DNA of 64,000 bases, from the sequence record OP292654.1; one strand, 5' to 3'. The notes below the pieces were generated by a model, which saw nothing but the letters and a program-made list of their open reading frames with translations, was not told where the DNA came from and made no database searches. Made by a program: the position numbers and the translations under genes. Positions 1 through 6,762 of the stretch are shown one piece after another. The stretch's first letter is position 1. Every line of letters begins with the position of its first letter.

Positions 1-71
1 AGAACATGGGCGAAGACGCCAACGGTGAACTCGTTATCCTGGACTACGGTCTACAAGATTAAAAAAAGTCC

Positions 72-100
72 TTGACAGGGCTTAACGATTCCGGTACTAT
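72..100 (+). promoter_or_regulatory. sigma70-type promoter
   Basis: TTGACA-N17-TACTAT preceded by A-tract/AAAAGTCC. Confidence 0.8.
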
Positions 101-191
101 GTACCACATCGACGGATGTAAAGCGTGATTATGGTACACTTCATGTCGAAGGTACTTATCTTATGAATAAAGAAAAAGGGCATTACAAAAC

Positions 192-407
192 ATGGCTAAA
201 AACACTATTACTGATATTGGCGAAGTAGAACGCAACGTGAACTACATTCAGTTCCAGATTGCTCAGGCAGAAGCACTGCTGGCTCCTTTCGCTAACAGCG
301 ATAAGCCAAAGATCTGCTACGCACATCTGCTGGACTGGAAGAAATCGTTGCAGACTGAACTGCACGAAATCCGTAAGGCTCAGCAAAAGGCACGTTACCA
401 CAAGTAA
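192..407 (+). CDS. hypothetical protein
   Basis: ORF with RBS downstream of promoter. Confidence 0.7.
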   Translation: MAKNTITDIGEVERNVNYIQFQIAQAEALLAPFANSDKPKICYAHLLDWKKSLQTELHEIRKAQQKARYHK

Positions 408-474
408 TTGCCAGCCGTTATGCCGTTAACGATGTTAGCGGCATCTTTTAAGTAAGTAATAGGGAAGACGTATC

Positions 475-717
475 ATGAAAAGTGCTACAGAACTGAAAAA
501 CCTACACAAACGAATTGAACTCTTGAAAGGTCAATTGGCGATGGTTAGTACCGAAATCAAAGAACTTGACGCTAAAGAGAACAAAACGAAAGACGAAACA
601 AAGCATCTTGCTAAGTCTCGTCAGTTACAAACCAACCTAATCTATGATATTCGTGGTCGTCAATTGGACTTCAACGATTTGAAAGAAGTGGTTATTTCTG
701 AAATCATCAACTCTTAA
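475..717 (+). CDS. hypothetical coiled-coil protein
   Basis: ORF with GGGAAG RBS. Confidence 0.7.
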   Translation: MKSATELKNLHKRIELLKGQLAMVSTEIKELDAKENKTKDETKHLAKSRQLQTNLIYDIRGRQLDFNDLKEVVISEIINS

Positions 718-729
718 CTGGAGAGAAAA

Positions 730-1206
730 ATGGCTGCTATAGCATTGTATTGTTTGCTGGGAGCTTTAGTACTGTTCATCTTGTGGATGTTGATTGTAAC
801 ATCATCTATGGGTACTGAACGTCTTAAAACCGCTCAGTTCTTAATGTCATCTTTGACTTATAACGAAGAAGCAACTATCAAGTTGAACCTTCTGATGGAT
901 AAGTATGAAGCTGGCCTATTAACTGTTCGCCGTGAACCAAAAGAACTTATCTTTACCGATAAGGAAACTGGTCAACGTGCGGGTGTGATTTGGGTTGGTA
1001 ACAAGTACTACTCTTATGGCAATCTGTACCGTTACGGTGCTAATGATAGTAAAGATTGGGCTTGTAACAAATCTGACATTAAAACTTTCAAGCGTGTGAT
1101 CAAGCTTGAAAAATCTCTGGATAACACTTCTGGTAATCAGGTTTCTCCTGACGCACCAAAACAGGCTACTAAACGTAGCTCAGATGAAGAAGTGATTCTG
1201 GACTAA
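730..1206 (+). CDS. hypothetical membrane-anchored protein
   Basis: N-terminal hydrophobic helix; GGAG RBS; terminator follows. Confidence 0.7.
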   Translation: MAAIALYCLLGALVLFILWMLIVTSSMGTERLKTAQFLMSSLTYNEEATIKLNLLMDKYEAGLLTVRREPKELIFTDKETGQRAGVIWVGNKYYSYGNLYRYGANDSKDWACNKSDIKTFKRVIKLEKSLDNTSGNQVSPDAPKQATKRSSDEEVILD

Positions 1207-1242
1207 GGGCGGCAACGCCCTATTTTAAATGAGAGGTACATC

Positions 1243-1926
1243 ATGAGTATCATTGAACGAGCAAAGCGTAATGTTTCTGTAAGTGAATTTGAAAACAATG
1301 TTGAACCAATTGAGTTATCGAAAGTTGATGTAGTATGTCCTTTTGATGAACAATATATCCTGCGTATGTGTGTATGTGCTGATGGTGAAAATCTGGTACT
1401 TCCTGATAATCTCCGTTGGATGACTCCAGTACTAGTAGAAGCCATTAACCATCAGAAGAATGCGATGGACGGCGATAAACAGTACTGCTACATTACTGTA
1501 CGCCACGGTGTTGTTAAATCTGTAACTGATGACGAATGGCATGTTGACGGTTTCAGTACTAAGGTCGCTCACGTTCCTGAACAGAACTACATTTGGACTA
1601 ACCGTATTCCGACAGAATACACCAATGTTTCTGTGAAGTTCCCTGATGATTTTGATCCACTGAAACACAATGTAAACCACTTCCTGGAACAGAACATCAC
1701 TGGAGAAGTAAAAAGTTGTAAAGAGAATGTTGTGTACTGTATGGACCCGTACATTCTTCATCGTCGTCCAAAGGTTAGTACTGGAAAGGTTCGCACGTTT
1801 ATTCGTGTATCCTTTGTACCAATCATGATCAACGATGTAAACAACACACAAAATCCAAAGTTGTTACAACAGTACACTCAAGATGGTGTACAATTTAGGA
1901 ACAAATTAGAAACATATGGCAGCTAA
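1243..1926 (+). CDS. putative 2OG-Fe(II) dioxygenase-like protein
   Basis: WHVDG (HxD) ... LHRRP (distal His) ... RTFIRVSF pattern. Confidence 0.6.
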   Translation: MSIIERAKRNVSVSEFENNVEPIELSKVDVVCPFDEQYILRMCVCADGENLVLPDNLRWMTPVLVEAINHQKNAMDGDKQYCYITVRHGVVKSVTDDEWHVDGFSTKVAHVPEQNYIWTNRIPTEYTNVSVKFPDDFDPLKHNVNHFLEQNITGEVKSCKENVVYCMDPYILHRRPKVSTGKVRTFIRVSFVPIMINDVNNTQNPKLLQQYTQDGVQFRNKLETYGS

Positions 1927-2338
1927 GATTATCTGCGGGTTTCCTGGTATTGGTAAAAGTACTGTAGTACAGAACAATGATAAAGTAATTGACTTAGATA
2001 GTTCTGGCTACAGTAAGATACAAACATTTCCATTGAACTATATTCAGGCTATTATTGATGCTGAGAATGATGGATATGAATATATACTGATCAGTACTCA
2101 TGCATCAGTTAGAAACTTGCTTCAAACACTTGGTATGAAGTATACCAATGTGTATCCTGAAATTGATTTAGGTGAAGAATATATAGAACGTTATAGAGAA
2201 CGTGGTTCTCCAGAAAGTTTTATTAACTTCCTTGAAGAAAATTGGGATGATTTCATCTTCGAATTACAGTATGATGAATCAGATTATATCGAACTTGAAC
2301 CTGGTCAATTTCTTTCAGATGTTTTGAAAAATATTTGA
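1916..2338 (+). CDS. P-loop nucleotide kinase-like protein
   Basis: N-terminal IICGFPGIGKS Walker A followed by IDLDSS. Confidence 0.65.
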   Translation: MAAKIICGFPGIGKSTVVQNNDKVIDLDSSGYSKIQTFPLNYIQAIIDAENDGYEYILISTHASVRNLLQTLGMKYTNVYPEIDLGEEYIERYRERGSPESFINFLEENWDDFIFELQYDESDYIELEPGQFLSDVLKNI

Positions 2339-2347
2339 AAAAAAGAT

Positions 2348-2375
2348 GAAACGATTCAAAAGTTTCTGGTATAAT
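2348..2375 (+). promoter_or_regulatory. GAAACG-N16-TATAAT class promoter
   Basis: GAAACG at 2348, TATAAT at 2370; repeated motif. Confidence 0.7.
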
Positions 2376-2392
2376 ATAGTACATAAGGCAGC

Positions 2393-2514
2393 GGAATCTT
2401 ACAGCAAAAATTAAACCTTTTGATGAAAACAAAACGACGGGGTTCAATTCCCCACCCACGAACATCTGCCTTATTCAAATAGTGGGAGCTTGGTGCTGGA
2501 TAAAAAGAGATTCC
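2393..2514 (+). ncRNA. CAGCAA-family element with permuted tRNA-like module
   Basis: GGAATCT/AGATTCC terminal stem, ACAGCAA, T-arm GGGG-TTCAATT-CCCC, closed acceptor-like CCCAC/GTGGG. Confidence 0.7.
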
Positions 2515-2537
2515 TGAATTTAATTAAGAAAATTTTT

Positions 2538-2565
2538 GAAACGAATCAAAAATTTGTGGTATAAT
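2538..2565 (+). promoter_or_regulatory. GAAACG-N16-TATAAT class promoter
   Basis: GAAACG at 2538, TGTGG-TATAAT at 2560. Confidence 0.7.
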
Positions 2566-2582
2566 AAAAGTATTAGCAACAC

Positions 2583-2698
2583 GAAATCTTACAGCAAACA
2601 AAACAATATTTTTTATGCGAAAAAAACGGTGCGGTTCGAATCCGCAGCAGCCATGTTGCTATGTAGGCTGTGCTTGGGGCCAGAAAAACAAAGATTTC
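2583..2698 (+). ncRNA. CAGCAA-family element with anticodon loop GCG and permuted tRNA-like module
   Basis: GAAATCTT/AAGATTTC stem; TTTTT-AT GCG AA-AAAAA; T-arm TGCGG-TTCGAAT-CCGCA; GCAGCC/GGCTGT acceptor-like stem. Confidence 0.75.
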
Positions 2699-2723
2699 AG
2701 TTTCCTCAAACAAGGATAACAAA

Positions 2724-2882
2724 ATGGCATCAGCAGAAGAAAACATGGTAATTGTTCGTAAAATCCTTAGTGGAATTGACAACAATAACCTTCCTGAAGT
2801 AATGTCTGAATTAGGTTTTGAAGTGACAAAGAGTACAGAAAAAAGTACAGAATGGTCATTGAAAGAATCTGAACAAACATAA
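2724..2882 (+). CDS. small hypothetical protein
   Basis: AAGGA RBS before ATG 2724 (track ORF start overlaps the ncRNA). Confidence 0.55.
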   Translation: MASAEENMVIVRKILSGIDNNNLPEVMSELGFEVTKSTEKSTEWSLKESEQT

Positions 2883-2884
2883 TT

Positions 2885-2956
2885 GTTCCCATCGTCTATC
2901 GGTTAGGACGCCTCCCTTTCAAGGAGGAAAGCGGAGTTCGATTCTCCGTGGGAACG
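2885..2956 (+). tRNA. trnE: tRNA-Glu(TTC)
   Basis: full cloverleaf, CCTCC-CT TTC AA-GGAGG, TTCGATT T-loop; CCA not encoded. Confidence 0.95.
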
Positions 2957-2960
2957 CTAA

Positions 2961-3066
2961 AAGAATCGTCCAGCAAACATAACTCTTTATATTTCATTTG
3001 GCGAAAAACACCTTCGGTTCGAATCCGATTTACCACTGGCTGTGGGGATAGAAAACAACGATTCTT
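2961..3066 (+). ncRNA. CAGCAA-family element with anticodon loop TTG and T-arm
   Basis: AAGAATCGT/ACGATTCTT stem; TTTC-AT TTG GC-GAAA; TCGG-TTCGAAT-CCGA; CCAC/GTGG. Confidence 0.75.
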
Positions 3067-3094
3067 GTCTTTTAATTAAACCGAATTAGCACTC

Positions 3095-3250
3095 GGATTC
3101 TGACAGCAACACATAAAATCTTAAAATCTATCAAATAATGAGATTGGATACTCGGACGTAAAACTCCCTTCGTGTCCACCTGGTAACTAGGGAGATAATA
3201 ATTAGTTATATTGAGCCGTGCTAGGTAGTTGCTCAATTAATAGAGAATCC
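3095..3250 (+). ncRNA. CAGCAA-family element, long divergent cargo
   Basis: GGATTCT/AGAATCC stem followed by GACAGCAA; about 135-nt interior without a clear T-arm. Confidence 0.5.
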
Positions 3251-3291
3251 AGCGTACAAAGTACTTAAATCCTATTGGACAGTACTTTTTT

Positions 3292-3384
3292 GGAAGATTG
3301 GCAGAGCTTGGCTTATTGTACCTGACTTGAAATCAGGCGGGGGTTAATAGCCCTCCGTGGGTTCGAATCCCACATCTTCCTCCA
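3292..3384 (+). tRNA. trnS: tRNA-Ser(TGA)
   Basis: cloverleaf with long variable arm, CCTGA-CT TGA AA-TCAGG, encoded CCA. Confidence 0.95.
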
Positions 3385-3392
3385 AAATTTAT

Positions 3393-3514
3393 GAGAAAGT
3401 AGCTCAGTTGGTAGAGCAGGTAGAAACCCAAAATTACAGTACTGTAATTTCGCAGCAACCATACTTCATCCACTTTTAATGGCCTGGTCGTTGGTTCGAG
3501 TCCAACCTTTCTCG
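3393..3514 (+). tRNA. trnK: tRNA-Lys(TTT) interrupted by a 49-nt insertion (3421-3469)
   Basis: removing 3421-3469 gives a perfect cloverleaf: GAGAAAG/CTTTCTC, GGCCA-CT TTT AA-TGGCC, GTTGG-TTCGAGT-CCAAC. Confidence 0.85.
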
Positions 3515-3516
3515 CA

Positions 3517-3577
3517 TAGAATCTAACAGCAAACATATTCTTATTCAATTGGTGAAAACAAAGATTATAGATTCTAG
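3517..3577 (+). ncRNA. CAGCAA-family minimal element (loop AA TTG GT)
   Basis: TAGAATCTA/TAGATTCTA stem, ACAGCAA, TTC-AATTGGT-GAAAAC. Confidence 0.7.
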
Positions 3578-3630
3578 TTTTTAATTTAGTTTAAAAATAC
3601 TAAATAAAGTTGAAGCCATTCAACAAACAT

Positions 3631-3727
3631 GGTAAAGTGGCAGAGCTTGGCTTATCGCAGTCGCCTGGAAAGCGGCCAGGTTAGGTAATCCCTAGCCTCG
3701 GAGGTTCAAATCCTCTCTTTACCGCCA
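3631..3727 (+). tRNA. trnS: tRNA-Ser(GGA)
   Basis: cloverleaf, long variable arm, CT GGA AA loop, encoded CCA. Confidence 0.93.
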
Positions 3728-3746
3728 ATACACACAAGGAAGAAAA

Positions 3747-3962
3747 ATGTTTTACGATTATTACTACAAAGTAGATGGTGCTTTGCGTCGTCATACTAGT
3801 GCTGAAGAATTGAATGACGAACAAGTTAGCAATATCTTCGGAGCACAAAAATCAGTAGTTCTACTTGAGCCAGTAGTTTTTGAACGTGAAGTTCAAGACG
3901 AAGAAACCAAGAAGAAAAGTACTGTTAAAGAACACGTTGGCTATATCGGCTACGTAGAATAA
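3747..3962 (+). CDS. hypothetical protein
   Basis: AAGGA RBS. Confidence 0.65.
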   Translation: MFYDYYYKVDGALRRHTSAEELNDEQVSNIFGAQKSVVLLEPVVFEREVQDEETKKKSTVKEHVGYIGYVE

Positions 3963-3969
3963 AAGAATT

Positions 3970-4028
3970 TGGAATCCTCCAGCAACCACACAAAAACTCA
4001 AACTTTTACTTTGACTATGTGGATTCCA
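3970..4028 (+). ncRNA. CAGCAA-family minimal element with Lys(TTT)-type anticodon stem-loop
   Basis: TGGAATCC/GGATTCCA stem, CCAGCAA, TCAAA-CT TTT AC-TTTGA. Confidence 0.75.
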
Positions 4029-4045
4029 GTATTAATTGAGAGATA

Positions 4046-4276
4046 ATGATTATGGATAATCAACATAAACAAATTAAAGGGTATCGAGACTTGAATCAGC
4101 AAGAAATTAATGCGATGAACGCAATTAAGGACTTGGCTGCTAAAGTGGGCGATATGATCGACGCACTTGAAGATCATCCTGATATTGATAAACGTTGGCT
4201 GGCTATAGCTAAGACTGACCTACAGAAAGGTTTCATGTCGGCAGTACGGAGCGTAGCAAAACCGGATTCATTCTAA
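4046..4276 (+). CDS. acb2: anti-CBASS cyclic-nucleotide sponge Acb2 homologue
   Basis: MDNQHKQIKGYRDL..EI..MN.IK ... RWLAIAKTDLQKGFM...R..AKPDSF closely resembles my recollection of the Acb2/Vs.4 family N- and C-terminal motifs. Confidence 0.85.
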   Translation: MIMDNQHKQIKGYRDLNQQEINAMNAIKDLAAKVGDMIDALEDHPDIDKRWLAIAKTDLQKGFMSAVRSVAKPDSF

Positions 4277-4744
4277 ATGAGCAAATACGATGTGTTATAC
4301 GAAATTGGAGAAGAATATTTCATTTCGTTATTACATACGCCGGAACGATGTAGATCAACTATTGATGGATTATCTAATACCGTGAATTTTAATGTAAATG
4401 ATCATTATTCTTCACGAGACGGGGTAATCCATTTTTATTTGTCGGACGAAAAGGAAAACACCTTTTCAGTTGTTGTTGACTTGTTAGCTAACAGGTTCAG
4501 CGTACACTACTGGAGCGATGATGACGATATTGATACTGACATATTCAAGGTCAATAAACTCCCTTACAATATTAGTGAGGAATGGCATTTCCAGTTGAGT
4601 ACTAAAGCAGAATTTCCGTTCAGTTATGAATTCATAACACGGTTACGCGAGTTCGTTAAGTACTTCGAAGATATGATGAATGTTAATCATAGCATAGACG
4701 CACTTAGGGAACATCATAACATTGTACCATATCCTTGTAGGTGA
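4277..4744 (+). CDS. hypothetical protein, EE-x-FQ-x-[ST] paralog family
   Basis: SEEWHFQLST motif shared with 9865, 10248, 17279, 17797. Confidence 0.7.
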   Translation: MSKYDVLYEIGEEYFISLLHTPERCRSTIDGLSNTVNFNVNDHYSSRDGVIHFYLSDEKENTFSVVVDLLANRFSVHYWSDDDDIDTDIFKVNKLPYNISEEWHFQLSTKAEFPFSYEFITRLREFVKYFEDMMNVNHSIDALREHHNIVPYPCR

Positions 4745-4748
4745 TATT

Positions 4749-4985
4749 ATGGAAACCATCGTAGATGAAATCCTGAATAGTGCTAATATGCACGAAGCTG
4801 TTCGTAAGTTTGTAGACGCAAACGAACGTTCAAATAATATTGATTTGTACCAAGCACTGACTTATGTGTTCTTTGAAATGGATGAAAAAGATCCTCGCTT
4901 CGAAGAACTGAACGATGTACTTGACGCAATGAGTGGTCATTGTAACAAAGCATGTTACATCGGCACTGGTGATTATGCCTGGTAA
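4749..4985 (+). CDS. hypothetical protein
   Basis: AGGTG RBS before ATG 4749. Confidence 0.65.
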   Translation: METIVDEILNSANMHEAVRKFVDANERSNNIDLYQALTYVFFEMDEKDPRFEELNDVLDAMSGHCNKACYIGTGDYAW

Positions 4986-4997
4986 CAGGCATTAAAT

Positions 4998-5070
4998 GGG
5001 AATATAATTCAGTTGGTAGAATGCTCGACCGATAATCGAGTCGTCGCTGGTTCGAGTCCAGCTATTCCCA
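4998..5070 (+). tRNA. trnI: tRNA-Ile(GAT)
   Basis: cloverleaf GGGAATA/TATTCCC, CTCGA-CC GAT AA-TCGAG. Confidence 0.9.
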
Positions 5071-5154
5071 CTAAGTAGTACTGTGAAATTATCCAACACA
5101 ATAGGTAGCACTTTGGATGAATCAGTAAGCCTATATCGTACTACAAATAAATTA

Positions 5155-5290
5155 AAGAATTCAACAGCAACTAAATGTTAACCCAAATAGCGGCCTTATG
5201 GCGTGTAGGTTCGAGTCCTACGATCTATGTCAGTACGAATAGTGATGGTGAAATAGGTAGACACGGCTATCCAATAAACGATGAATTCTT
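5155..5290 (+). ncRNA. CAGCAA-family element with circularly permuted class II (Leu-like) tRNA body
   Basis: AAGAATTCA/TGAATTCTT stem; 3' half (ATAGC, variable hairpin GCC-TTAT-GGC, GTAGG-TTCGAGT-CCTAC) precedes 5' half (GGTGAAATAGGTAGACAC D-arm, GCTAT). Confidence 0.75.
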
Positions 5291-5308
5291 GTATTAATTT
5301 GGAAAAAT

Positions 5309-5569
5309 ATGGATATTTTATACGCTAAAGTAACTGAGCTTAATGCTGGTTACGAAGGTGATCGAATAAACGCAAAAGCGTTAGACCCGGATCATTACTA
5401 CGTTGTTAGTTATGTTGATATGGGAAGTTCTAGTACTTCAATATACTTAGAAAATGACCGTAAATCATATAACTCTGTAAATTTTACTTTCTACACTATT
5501 GTTGACGGTAAACATAAAGAGTACAACATATTCAGTGACCCGAATTATAATCCGTACCTTAACCTATAA
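5309..5569 (+). CDS. hypothetical protein
   Basis: ORF with GGA RBS. Confidence 0.65.
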   Translation: MDILYAKVTELNAGYEGDRINAKALDPDHYYVVSYVDMGSSSTSIYLENDRKSYNSVNFTFYTIVDGKHKEYNIFSDPNYNPYLNL

Positions 5570-5578
5570 AGGTGATAT

Positions 5579-5719
5579 ATGTCAGGCAACGCACATAGCT
5601 CTAAACGTAACGACCATAGTTATGAAACGCTGAATCGCAATAATCCGCATCATTCGCGTCGTAATGACCATAGTTACGAAACCCTGAATCGTAATAACCC
5701 GCATCAACCTAAACGTTAA
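5579..5719 (+). CDS. 46-aa micropeptide with duplicated RNDHSYETLNRNNPH motif
   Basis: AAAGGTG RBS; 54-bp-period direct repeat differing mainly at synonymous positions. Confidence 0.65.
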   Translation: MSGNAHSSKRNDHSYETLNRNNPHHSRRNDHSYETLNRNNPHQPKR

Positions 5720-5736
5720 TGCGTTAGTAACAAATT

Positions 5737-5851
5737 TGGAATTTAACAGCAATCACTTTCTATCACGCAGCATGTCGCAGGTTCGAGTCCTGTCAGTACT
5801 AGTACTGTAGCTCAGTTGGGAGAGCAGCCGCCTAAAACGAAATAAATTCCA
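5737..5851 (+). ncRNA. CAGCAA-family element with circularly permuted tRNA-Asp-like body (anticodon ATC)
   Basis: TGGAATTTA/TAAATTCCA stem; CT ATC AC-GCAGC-ATGTC-GCAGG-TTCGAGT-CCTGT-CAGTACT then AGTACTG-TA-GCTC AGTTGGGA GAGC-A-GCCGC. Confidence 0.8.
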
Positions 5852-5974
5852 GTCTTAATCAAATTCACCAGGCGTACTATGGTGTGATACGGATAGCATG
5901 TTATCCTATAAGGTCAGAATAGAATACGTATTAGTCTCTTGAAAAGACTTCTGTAAACTCAATTTGTACTCATT

Positions 5975-6029
5975 TAGAATCTACCAGCAATTAAAACTTC
6001 TCGGATATAGAAAACAAAAATAGATTCTA
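5975..6029 (+). ncRNA. CAGCAA-family minimal element (loop CG GAT AT)
   Basis: TAGAATCTA/TAGATTCTA stem, CCAGCAA, TTCT-CGGATAT-AGAA AAC. Confidence 0.7.
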
Positions 6030-6053
6030 GCTTTAATTGAATAAAACCGGATT

Positions 6054-6115
6054 TGGAATCCAGCAGCAACCATAAATGAACTCAACTGTTAATTGAAAAC
6101 TCAAAATGGATTCCA
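6054..6115 (+). ncRNA. CAGCAA-family minimal element with Asn(GTT)-type anticodon stem-loop
   Basis: TGGAATCCA/TGGATTCCA stem, GCAGCAA, TCAA-CT GTT AA-TTGA AAAC. Confidence 0.8.
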
Positions 6116-6132
6116 GTATTTTTAAGTGAAAT

Positions 6133-6633
6133 ATGAGCAGAAAACTTGAAATTGATAATCGTGTAGTTCAGGAAATGATTTCACGAGGAAGTACTATTCA
6201 GCAAATAGCTAATACATGTAACGTATCAGCAACAACGATGAAAAAGTATTTCAAAGATTTGAGTTTAAAAACTCACACAATGATTCAACGTGAATCTTCA
6301 ATATGTTTAAAACACAATATTGAATTTTCACAACGAACAGACGGCAAACGTGTATGTATGAAATGTAATTCTGAAGGAGTTACAGAACATCGTAAACGAT
6401 TAAAGATAAAAGCCGTTGAATATCTTGGTGGTAAATGTGAACGATGCGGATATGATAAATCAATAGCTGCGTTAGACTTCCATCATAAAGACCCAAGTCA
6501 GAAAGATTTTGGAATTTCAGATGAAGGTGTTACCCGTTCATGGGAAGTTATTCAAAGTGAATTAGACAAATGTATGTTAGTTTGTGCTAATTGTCATCGA
6601 GAAATTCATGAAGAACTTAATTTAGAAAATTAA
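6133..6633 (+). CDS. HNH homing endonuclease
   Basis: GGKCERCGY...ALDFHHKDP...CMLVCANCHREIH; N-terminal HTH-like segment. Confidence 0.85.
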   Translation: MSRKLEIDNRVVQEMISRGSTIQQIANTCNVSATTMKKYFKDLSLKTHTMIQRESSICLKHNIEFSQRTDGKRVCMKCNSEGVTEHRKRLKIKAVEYLGGKCERCGYDKSIAALDFHHKDPSQKDFGISDEGVTRSWEVIQSELDKCMLVCANCHREIHEELNLEN

Positions 6634-6643
6634 GAAAAAAGAT

Positions 6644-6671
6644 GAAACGCCACAAGAAATTGTGGTATAAT
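6644..6671 (+). promoter_or_regulatory. GAAACG-N16-TATAAT class promoter
   Basis: GAAACG 6644, TGTGG-TATAAT 6666, upstream of tRNA-Asn. Confidence 0.7.
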
Positions 6672-6690
6672 ATAAGTAAGAAAAACAAAA

Positions 6691-6762
6691 GGTTGTGTCG
6701 TATAAAGGTTATTACGGAGAGCTGTTAACTCTTTTATCTTGGTTCGATTCCAAGCATAACCG
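6691..6762 (+). tRNA. trnN: tRNA-Asn(GTT)
   Basis: cloverleaf, GAGAG-CT GTT AA-CTCTT. Confidence 0.92.

Noticed and set aside
2393-2514. tmRNA, suggested by the GACGGGGTTCAATTCCCC 3'-end resemblance
   Set aside because: Too short, with no tag ORF, no GGGGC 5' end and no CCA; it is better explained as a family member.
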